Origin: a virus
Length of the DNA: 64,000 bases
Direction: 5' to 3' (one strand)
Virus record (IMG/VR): IMGVR_UViG_3300021476_000002
Coordinates: 16,578-80,577 of that record
Shown here: one piece after another, positions 56,819 through 64,000 of the stretch
Layout: each line of letters opens with the position of its first letter
How positions within the stretch are numbered: position 1 is the first letter of the stretch
Position numbers and translations under genes: made by a program
Notes under the pieces: model-generated
Seen by the model: the letters and a program-made list of their open reading frames with translations, nothing else
Database searches by the model: none
Told to the model about the DNA's origin: nothing

Positions 56819-57316
56819 GTGATGGCGGGCAAGAATAGACTGCGGGAGGGTGGTCGGTTGTCTGAGCCAGCACTTTACGATCAACAAATTGACACAGAAC
56901 TAAAGCGTGTTCCCAAGGAGGAACGGCGCACCCCTAAACTTTCCCCGACACAAGCGGGGTTGACCAGAGACCATAGAGACCCCAAACATCAATGCAAGAC
57001 GTGCTGGCAATTCATTACCGATGGGCGCTGCGCTACAGTAGGACCGAAGGGCGTGAAGAATGCAATTAAACCATTTGGAACGTGTTCGCATTGGAAATTT
57101 GGAAAGCCGATGTCACCAGAGAATGCTGTTGAGAATGATGTGAAACTTGGGAAGATTGAAGCGCAGTATCAAGAGCGCGAGGATGGTTTTCAATGCGGGG
57201 GATGCAATAGGTATGGAGCCGAGAAAAAGCGTTGCGCTGTCGTGTGGTCAGAGATAGACCCACAGGATTGTTGTGATTTATGGTCAGACGGAAAGCCTTG
57301 GGTGAAGAAGTCATGA
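56819..57316 (+). CDS. Tandem HiPIP-like [4Fe-4S] domain protein
   Basis: Two copies of K..(Q/E)A.(Y)...C-x2-C..F/Y...C..V...I.P..C..W. Confidence 0.7.
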   Translation: MMAGKNRLREGGRLSEPALYDQQIDTELKRVPKEERRTPKLSPTQAGLTRDHRDPKHQCKTCWQFITDGRCATVGPKGVKNAIKPFGTCSHWKFGKPMSPENAVENDVKLGKIEAQYQEREDGFQCGGCNRYGAEKKRCAVVWSEIDPQDCCDLWSDGKPWVKKS

Positions 57317-57361
57317 TAAGGTGTATGTCCGCATAAGCAAAGCCCAAAGGAGAAGTGAGAT

Positions 57362-58135
57362 ATGATCGTACTCGATTACAGCGATGCAACTGAACCAGTA
57401 AGGGGATGGGCAACTGGCGATTGGCATAGGTGGTCAAAGTTTCATGCTGACCAAATGTTCGAGCGCCATCTCCAGCGTGCGCTTGATGAAGCGTGGTTTT
57501 TGATGCACGTTGGTGATGCCCTCGAAATGACGACGCCAACGAGCAAGGTTATGACTTCTGGTGCTATGCAGGACCAAACCGCAAACCCTGAAGATCAGCG
57601 CAAAGATTTGGTTCGGATTCTTCGTATGTTTAGGGATGCTGCCCCTGTAACACCGCAGGCCACAAAGAAGGGCGTTATCCTTGGAGGTAATCACGAGTTT
57701 CGAGTTGATAGCAAGACGGGACTGGACTTTATTGCATCTGTGACTGATGCTGTGGGTGATGCGATTGCACCGATGTCTATTCCTGGTATTATAGAAATTC
57801 GTGTTGGCCAGAATACGTGGTGGGGTTATATGCACCACGGTGAAGGGCCGGGCACGAACCCATTGACGCTGGCTGATCGAATTCAGAGAGACGTGCAGGG
57901 GATAGATTTCATTCTGAGTGGACACATTCACTGTGATACTTTTGACCCCGCAATGGTGGTAACGCCGCAGGGATACCAGAAGGTAACGAGGATTAGGTGT
58001 GGGCACTACCTGTTCAACCCTCCGTATCAGATGAGAAGGCCAACAACTCGCATGGCACCTCCTGGGTCGTGGCTGTTGACTCTGTACCCCGATAGGCCAA
58101 AGGAGCGGGCGGCTGAATGGACGTGGATGGATTAA
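57362..58135 (+). CDS. Calcineurin-like metallophosphoesterase
   Basis: GDWH, VGD, GNHE, HHG, SGHIH. Confidence 0.92.
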   Translation: MIVLDYSDATEPVRGWATGDWHRWSKFHADQMFERHLQRALDEAWFLMHVGDALEMTTPTSKVMTSGAMQDQTANPEDQRKDLVRILRMFRDAAPVTPQATKKGVILGGNHEFRVDSKTGLDFIASVTDAVGDAIAPMSIPGIIEIRVGQNTWWGYMHHGEGPGTNPLTLADRIQRDVQGIDFILSGHIHCDTFDPAMVVTPQGYQKVTRIRCGHYLFNPPYQMRRPTTRMAPPGSWLLTLYPDRPKERAAEWTWMD

Positions 58136-58596
58136 ACCAGGAGCAACCTGTTGAAGTTGTTCGTGATATACTTAAACGGTATGCGTTTGTAAGAACTATC
58201 TACCCAGAATACCAGAATGACGGGGTGTATTTGTGGTGGCACCTGCACGTAATCCTGAAGGGGCAGTACAGCGGCAAGTACATGGCCAGAGCCTTGTGGG
58301 CCATTTATGCTTTGAGCAGGCCCATGCAGGTTACGTGCGGTGTGACAAAGCGGTCCTGGAAGAAAGCGAAGGGCGTCAGGGGTTATGGGGTAGCGCCGTA
58401 TGTGTGTATAGCGTGGACCGGCAAGGGCGCTATTCCGATGTTGGATGCAATCGGTTGGAAGACCGGCAAGGAATCCCTAGACAAGAAGTTGCAAGGATAC
58501 AAGCGGTGGGTAGCCTATAGGGAGGCGGCGGGAGCATCATGGCGTCACGGCATTCATATCTTGTCCGAAAACTCTCTAGAGCCATCGAAGACGTAA
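58117..58596 (+). CDS. Hypothetical basic protein
   Basis: ORF coupled to its neighbours. Confidence 0.5.
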   Translation: MDVDGLNQEQPVEVVRDILKRYAFVRTIYPEYQNDGVYLWWHLHVILKGQYSGKYMARALWAIYALSRPMQVTCGVTKRSWKKAKGVRGYGVAPYVCIAWTGKGAIPMLDAIGWKTGKESLDKKLQGYKRWVAYREAAGASWRHGIHILSENSLEPSKT

Positions 58597-58886
58597 GTGT
58601 TGAGTTTCGTGGCCCATTGTATCGGGATGGTATTCGTTGTAAGGCTGTGTACGAAAACGATACGGTTGTGCTTGACCCTACCAATCACGATTCCTGGGAT
58701 GATCTTGTAGTCTCGTTTTTGCATGAGGCATTGCACCACGTAGATATCACTAGCGGCAAGGGTGATGAATGGTTGATTGACGAAGCGTTGGACCGCGTTG
58801 CGTTTACATCACCTAAACTACGATGGTTGGCTAGTCGTAAGATTGGGGACAAGAAATTCGGATACGTGAGGGAGAAGCAATCATGA
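58539..58886 (+). CDS. Small zincin-like metallopeptidase (HExxH)
   Basis: SFLHEALHH followed by E. Confidence 0.65.
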   Translation: MASRHSYLVRKLSRAIEDVSVEFRGPLYRDGIRCKAVYENDTVVLDPTNHDSWDDLVVSFLHEALHHVDITSGKGDEWLIDEALDRVAFTSPKLRWLASRKIGDKKFGYVREKQS

Positions 58887-59131
58887 GTAGCGGGTTAAGA
58901 AAGATGTCAAGGGTGATCGAGCGTGCGGCGCTGGACAGAGCCGTCAAGGAGGGTGGGCTTTCAGGTTTAACTGTCCGCATGGATGCCCTTGAGGTCAAGG
59001 TGGATAAGTTCGTGAAACTCTTCGAGCAGATTCTTCAGGCGATGCGGAAGGAGAAAGGGATTCCTGTTAAGACTAAAGCCGGTGTTGAACTGCCTCCTGG
59101 AGTAGATATCCCAGAGGCTATGAAGTCATAA
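58883..59131 (+). CDS. Coiled-coil hypothetical protein
   Basis: ATGA coupling. Confidence 0.5.
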   Translation: MSSGLRKMSRVIERAALDRAVKEGGLSGLTVRMDALEVKVDKFVKLFEQILQAMRKEKGIPVKTKAGVELPPGVDIPEAMKS

Positions 59132-59567
59132 ACTTGACGGACGATGTTTCCGTTGGCCAAACTTTTGTCGGCCCGTTGTAGACCGCAGTAGCGTAGGCCG
59201 ACCGTGCCCCACGATCTATGCTGAGTCCCCATTGGGTCAGGGCATCGTTCTCAAGCATCTGGAATGGCAGGCCGTGCCCGTAGTCATGGCCCTTGAGCCT
59301 AGCAATGACGTGGCAGGCTTCGTGGACAGTGTAGGCGATGGCAAAGTCTTCGCCTTGCGCGATTGCCCATTTAGGGATGCTGATGTTAGCGTACTTCAGC
59401 GGCGAGACCCAGAGGCCATGTTTGGGGTCATACTTTCGGGCGACGATGTTCCATATGACTGAAGCGTGGCCCCGGCTGCGTGTAAGACGCAGATGATACT
59501 TAGGAACGCGCCCTAAGCCCCATTGGAGGGTAGCGTTTATGACCGCTTTGATATCTTCGCGGTCCAT
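59118..59567 (-). CDS. SprT-like zinc metallopeptidase
   Basis: TVHEACHVI...GHGLPFQ. Confidence 0.75.
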   Translation of the reverse strand: MDREDIKAVINATLQWGLGRVPKYHLRLTRSRGHASVIWNIVARKYDPKHGLWVSPLKYANISIPKWAIAQGEDFAIAYTVHEACHVIARLKGHDYGHGLPFQMLENDALTQWGLSIDRGARSAYATAVYNGPTKVWPTETSSVKFMTS

Positions 59568-59568
59568 T

Positions 59569-59781
59569 TTACTCGCTCAGGCCCTCTTCGTGGCCGTCGA
59601 ATTCTGGGGTCTGTAGGTTGTAAGGAAGAGGGGGCATCTCGCGTCCTGCTCTGGTGGAGTCGAGCGAGGCGAGAGCGTCGGCGCGTAGTCCGAAGTCGTA
59701 GTCGGTGGATGGTTCGTTTATCGGGTTGACGCGAAGGAGGCCGTTTGTGGAGAGTCGGGATGGGTTCTTGAAGTGTCTCAT
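59569..59781 (-). CDS. Hypothetical protein
   Basis: AGGAGG RBS on the minus strand; inside the inverted operon. Confidence 0.55.
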   Translation of the reverse strand: MRHFKNPSRLSTNGLLRVNPINEPSTDYDFGLRADALASLDSTRAGREMPPLPYNLQTPEFDGHEEGLSE

Positions 59782-59791
59782 GATTTCCTCC

Positions 59792-60187
59792 TTAGTCCAT
59801 TCTGGAGTTGCTGTACGCCGTGATGCCTGCGCTGCGGAGAACCTCAGCGAAGGCGCGGGCGTAGGCTTCCTTGCGGGTCATGCTCTGGTTGTAGTGCCCT
59901 ACCCATATCGTAACACCGCCCGCGTAGGAATCGGTACGACCCTTGTTCGTTTTGCGGAGCCAGCGGGCGAAGGTGGATGTTCCAGGTCGAACGTTGACCC
60001 AGGCGAATCCGCACACCCCATCCATGACGGGGGGATAAACCTTCTTGATTGGAGAATTGTCGTCTAGTGGGTTGGTGTGTTCGACAACGTACATCGGCGC
60101 GACGGCAACGGAGTCACCGGCGTGGAGGCCAGCGAGATGAGCCTTATTGAAGAGGGCTTCGTACTCTTTCTCTTGGGTCTTTGTCAT
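59792..60187 (-). CDS. Conserved phage hypothetical protein
   Basis: GGAGGTGAGGAG RBS, ATG 60187; CGFAWVNVRP...GGVTIW...QSMTRKEAYARAFAEVL...SRMD. Confidence 0.75.
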   Translation of the reverse strand: MTKTQEKEYEALFNKAHLAGLHAGDSVAVAPMYVVEHTNPLDDNSPIKKVYPPVMDGVCGFAWVNVRPGTSTFARWLRKTNKGRTDSYAGGVTIWVGHYNQSMTRKEAYARAFAEVLRSAGITAYSNSRMD

Positions 60188-60206
60188 TCTCCTCACCTCC
60201 AATCTC

Positions 60207-60235
60207 ATCTTACCACAGATGTAGTCTAGTGTCAA
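60207..60235 (-). promoter_or_regulatory. Sigma70-type promoter with operator (minus strand)
   Basis: TTGACA-17-TAAGAT; ACCACA-GA-TGTAGT 60212-25. Confidence 0.75.
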
Positions 60236-60247
60236 GGGGGCGATAAA

Positions 60248-60568
60248 GTGGGTGGTTTCTGGGCTTACGACGATACAGTTGTAGAAGGCCCGTCTGGCGG
60301 GCGGTGTTATACCTGCGGCGTTGGGGCGGGGGTGAGTAAGATTCATGTGGATGTGTTCTGGCGGCCAGACCCTCACGAGGGACCACGGAAACTGATGCGA
60401 TCTTACGATGAAGACTTTAAGCACCAGAGCGAACGCCTGTTTGGCAATCCTCAGTTGTGCGAGGATTGTCTTGCATGGTCGCAGAGACACGGCGGGCTTG
60501 TCCTAAGCCTGAAGCGTGGCCAGCGTGGTAAGAGTAATGGGGATGGGCGACTTGAGGATTCCGACTAA
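60248..60568 (+). CDS. Zinc-finger hypothetical protein
   Basis: CYTC...CEDC. Confidence 0.5.
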   Translation: MGGFWAYDDTVVEGPSGGRCYTCGVGAGVSKIHVDVFWRPDPHEGPRKLMRSYDEDFKHQSERLFGNPQLCEDCLAWSQRHGGLVLSLKRGQRGKSNGDGRLEDSD

Positions 60569-61901
60569 GGTTCAAGAGGCCGCACGCGAGACGCGGGAGG
60601 GAGCCGATAGTGATGGCTACCATTGGGTGACTATTGCTGGAAATCCTGTAAAGATCAAAGATACTGGTCGGAAGTCTCAGATCGTAGCCCACAAAGATGA
60701 AGGTAAGATTGAATTTTTTGGTGGTCGTGGGTGGGCACAGTCACCTTCTGTTGTTGAGAAATTGGGCTTTGGACGAAGGGCATTTCGATTCTTGTATGAA
60801 CCGAAGTCTGGTACATTGGTTACCAATGCGCCTGCCGGTTATGATGTTTTGCATTCGTCAATGGTAAAGAACATGGGGTGGGGTTCAAAGTCTGAGGATG
60901 GATTGCTTCATGGAATGAGTTTTAGTTCTGGTGGAATTGGATTGTATGGATTTGAAGACGATAAAGAATTTGAGACAGCATCAGCGCGGTTTGCGCGTGA
61001 TGTTCTTGGGGCGATTCCAGGTTACAAGGGTATGCCGGTTGAGATGATTGGAAGGGGAAGTAAGTATGACTATTTAACTAAGGTTACGGTTCCCTCTACG
61101 GCATGGCAGCCGGTGCCACGTCGCGGGGTTTCATTGGGTAGTGTTGCTGGTTTGTCTCGTGAGTCAGCGCGTGAGGCTGAGTGGGACTCTGAGAAGCATC
61201 CGAGGGGTGAGCACGGCAAGTTTGCCTCCAAGGATGAACCGGCGCACAGCGCGGTAATACACGCAGTTATTGAGCCAGAGAATCGGCAGGCGTATGTACA
61301 GCACGTGGCTGAGGAGTTGGGTTGGCATGGGCCAGTAAGGTATGTGCATGGAGATGGGCCTAAGTTTACTCCTGGTCAAACTGCCACGGGTCCGCAAGAT
61401 GAAAACACTGAAGCGGCGCATTTCGATCCCCAGAAGAATGAATTGGTTTTCTATCAGGGCACATTTGAGGTCGGTGGTAAACCAGAGAGTATGCTTGCAA
61501 TTGAGGGAATCGTAGCGCATGAGGTTGAGCACGCAAAATTCCACCAATGGTTTAAGGATTCTCTTGCTGATGAAATGATGGCAAGTGCCGTAGCGTCCGA
61601 TAAGAATGTGCCGATGCGGGATGTCTTGACTAAAGAGGACCACCCGATTGCTTACGATAGACTTAATTCTTACGATAGAGCATATGGTGATTTGGAAAAA
61701 GAAGATGGGGTTACAGCGTATGATGGACAGTACTGGAAAATTGGCATAACCCAACGTGCGATTGATGAGGGGTTGGCAGAAATTAGTCGCACGCTTCACA
61801 AGGGCGATACGGTTGGATTTCGTATGTTAGGGGATAGCCACCCACAAATGATGAAATTGTGGAACATCGTAAAAGAATATACCAAGCAGCACCCGCTATG
61901 A
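60516..61901 (+). CDS. Polyvalent/internal-head-type multidomain protein with gluzincin-like peptidase
   Basis: HWVTIAGNPVKI tag; WDSEKHPRGEHGKF motif; AHEVEH...EGLAE. Confidence 0.75.
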   Translation: MASVVRVMGMGDLRIPTKVQEAARETREGADSDGYHWVTIAGNPVKIKDTGRKSQIVAHKDEGKIEFFGGRGWAQSPSVVEKLGFGRRAFRFLYEPKSGTLVTNAPAGYDVLHSSMVKNMGWGSKSEDGLLHGMSFSSGGIGLYGFEDDKEFETASARFARDVLGAIPGYKGMPVEMIGRGSKYDYLTKVTVPSTAWQPVPRRGVSLGSVAGLSRESAREAEWDSEKHPRGEHGKFASKDEPAHSAVIHAVIEPENRQAYVQHVAEELGWHGPVRYVHGDGPKFTPGQTATGPQDENTEAAHFDPQKNELVFYQGTFEVGGKPESMLAIEGIVAHEVEHAKFHQWFKDSLADEMMASAVASDKNVPMRDVLTKEDHPIAYDRLNSYDRAYGDLEKEDGVTAYDGQYWKIGITQRAIDEGLAEISRTLHKGDTVGFRMLGDSHPQMMKLWNIVKEYTKQHPL

Positions 61902-64000
61902 TTCGTAGATTGCCAGACAGGACAATAATCGCCTACCTGGACAGCGAGTGGAAGCCGGTAGAGCCGAATCAGGCTACGATCATTAAGGTGATCTATCCTG
62001 ACGGGCGTACTGTGTTTGCGCGGCCATCCGCACAGATGGTTGAGGTTGATAGTGATATTGATATGAAACGTTCTGTCACGCTTCTCACCAGGGACGATAA
62101 AAAAGATGATATGCGTTGGGTGACAATAAACGGAAGACATTTCAAATTGTGGGACGATCAAGGAAACCCACAGGCAATAGATAAGGCAAAAGAGCGCGGG
62201 GATAAACCGGATTACCAAGGTAACGAACCATTAGTTCAGGCTAAGTGGTTGTTGGACCCGAAGGGTATGGTATTCTTCCATACACGTATGCACCACACGA
62301 TTGTTGCGAGGGCGCTTGGGAATGACGACCCACTTCAGGATTCTGGAGGGACTATAGCAAACAATCACGTGTATCAAGATATGGGAGAAAGAAGCGATGA
62401 GACTAAGCGGCGAGTAGCATCTGAATGGACAAAGTTTCGTTCCATGGAATCTCGTGAGGCTGAAGTAGAAGATCAGCCTGTTCATTTTGTGACATGGATG
62501 GGGCATGTGATTCCCATTAAGGGAGCGAAGCCTCAGCCGGGTAGACCAATTCCGGGAGCCGAAGAGAAGGAATTACCAGAGGCGTTCGGTCCCCACAGGA
62601 CAAAAGAGGGTGTTGTAAAACTTCCAACCGGCGACACGTGGCGGTATTCGTATCGGAGGGAGTTTTCTGATGCTCCTCCAAGCGCAACCGTGACACCAGA
62701 TCAGGTAGATGGTGTTCATGAGGCGGCGGCTGTGCAGGCGGCGTTTGAGGCCGCTAGGATGTTTTGGACATCGGACGACCCTGATGCCAGGGCGTTGCGT
62801 GCGGCTGACAATGAACCACGGGAAGCGGCTGATTTGAGTAAAATGAAGGCGGACATGCACGTTATTTTTACGATGAATATGAAAGACTATGGCATGGGTT
62901 CCGCAGGGTATGGCGGTGGCAAGGTGTTCTGGGGGCCGTATTCCGTTCCAGATCGAGAAGCACGGTTGACTGCCCCTAATGGATATCATGCAGGGCAGTC
63001 TATCGGTGTAGACCCTATGTATGTAATGGGGCATGAATTGCATCATGCTTTTGGATATGGAAGCGAGTTTGATAAAAGCAGCGATGTGGTTGGAGTTGCA
63101 GCGCATATCATTTCAGGGCTTCAGCACAATCCTGCGGCGGCAACCGAACAGGTTCATATGTGGCTTGCGAATTACAGTTACGGCAGCAAGCCGCAATGGA
63201 GGAATAATTCTGGTAGATCGTTGCGATGGTTGAATAACCGTTGGCCTGACGCTATGGAGCATTTGGCTGTAATGTCGGGATACACACAGCAGCAATGGCA
63301 TGAAACTGTTGATAAGTTTAATCGGATTGGTAGGCATAAGGCCAAGGAATCTATGCGGTTGAAAGCCGACCAAATTGACTTAGATGGACATAAGCCCGAA
63401 GAGGTCTTGATGGTGTCGGTTGATAGGTTGCATCCTCGAATGGGTGGGACGGGGCATGGCCCTGAGCGCCCAGAAGAGGTGGCTCAAGCCATGAAGTCAG
63501 GCAAGATGAAGATGAAACCGTTGACTGCGATTAAGCGTGAGGATGGTGAATGGTGGATTGGAGACGGGCATCGTAGGTTTGGCGCGGCTGAGATTCTTGG
63601 TATTCCTAGATTGCCTGTTGTGGAAATCAGAGAGGTTGCTACTAAGGAGGCTTCGAGTACAATACAGGCAGTCCTGAGCCTACCGTCTCGTTATGACGAC
63701 CCCGGCCATTGGCGGATGGTTATGGGGCATCCAGTGTACATCAAGGATAAGGTTCCTGGGGCGGTGACGAAGTTTGACACACCGGAGGTTGTGGCGGCGC
63801 GTAAGGGTCAGTCTGAGATTCAACACACAAGCGATATCAAGACTCCAGAGCGTGCCCGTATGCGGGCGACGTGGGTTTCGGCAGAGACCGCAAGGTTGGT
63901 GGCTGATAACCCCGAAAAGGGCAGGCAGTTTTGGCTTGTACTAGGATTACCGGCCAGCGGCAAATCCGGTCAGGTGGCTGAACCATTAGCGCAGCGCGTG
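61898..64000 (+). CDS. Large polyvalent protein (3'-truncated, missing from the ORF track): zincin, ParB/Srx-like and Zeta-toxin-like P-loop kinase domains
   Basis: Hand-translated: 701 codons with no stop; ATGA overlap with the previous gene; GHELHH, IGDGHRR..AA..LG, VLGLPASGKS. Confidence 0.85.
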   Translation, partial: MIRRLPDRTIIAYLDSEWKPVEPNQATIIKVIYPDGRTVFARPSAQMVEVDSDIDMKRSVTLLTRDDKKDDMRWVTINGRHFKLWDDQGNPQAIDKAKERGDKPDYQGNEPLVQAKWLLDPKGMVFFHTRMHHTIVARALGNDDPLQDSGGTIANNHVYQDMGERSDETKRRVASEWTKFRSMESREAEVEDQPVHFVTWMGHVIPIKGAKPQPGRPIPGAEEKELPEAFGPHRTKEGVVKLPTGDTWRYSYRREFSDAPPSATVTPDQVDGVHEAAAVQAAFEAARMFWTSDDPDARALRAADNEPREAADLSKMKADMHVIFTMNMKDYGMGSAGYGGGKVFWGPYSVPDREARLTAPNGYHAGQSIGVDPMYVMGHELHHAFGYGSEFDKSSDVVGVAAHIISGLQHNPAAATEQVHMWLANYSYGSKPQWRNNSGRSLRWLNNRWPDAMEHLAVMSGYTQQQWHETVDKFNRIGRHKAKESMRLKADQIDLDGHKPEEVLMVSVDRLHPRMGGTGHGPERPEEVAQAMKSGKMKMKPLTAIKREDGEWWIGDGHRRFGAAEILGIPRLPVVEIREVATKEASSTIQAVLSLPSRYDDPGHWRMVMGHPVYIKDKVPGAVTKFDTPEVVAARKGQSEIQHTSDIKTPERARMRATWVSAETARLVADNPEKGRQFWLVLGLPASGKSGQVAEPLAQRV

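Noticed and set aside
58117-58596. LAGLIDADG homing endonuclease
   Set aside because: There is only a vague C-terminal resemblance and no LAGLIDADG helix; left as hypothetical.
2-64000. Stop-codon reassignment
   Set aside because: Long genes (TerL, DnaB, tail) read through under code 11, all three stops terminate coupled genes, and there is no suppressor tRNA.

Overview
This window is a 64-kb slice of a tailed dsDNA bacteriophage genome. It is gene-dense, almost entirely + strand, uses genetic code 11, and has strong GGAGG ribosome-binding sites. Gene order: end of the tail module (1-5.5 kb); lysis cassette (holin candidate, Amidase_2 endolysin, spanin-like protein); an early/accessory region (HNH, LPD29, superinfection immunity protein, 3D-domain protein, tRNA-Pro, Ku, a LexA DNA-binding-domain-only protein); recombination/replication genes (gp3/RDF-like, initiator, DnaB, Cas4-like nuclease, RecU-like resolvase, SSB); a long run of small hypothetical genes with tRNA-Ile(UAU); an AAA ATPase, a sigma-70-family factor and TerL; a nucleotide-hydrolase cluster; a tandem HiPIP-like protein; and large multidomain 'polyvalent' proteins running off the 3' end. 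No integrase, DNA polymerase, portal, capsid, CRISPR array or rRNA was recognised in the window. Most notable: (1) effector polyproteins whose domains are each preceded by a W-V-T-I-x-G-x-x-V-x-I-type tag, which also appears alone as a 35-aa mini-gene 40 kb away; (2) several intergenic, highly base-paired ncRNA candidates, some with their own promoters; (3) a promoter regulon carrying a palindromic RCTACA-NN-TGTRGY operator, often with an adjacent GAAC-N4-GTTC-type SOS box. All family assignments are from motif recognition by eye; no database search was run.
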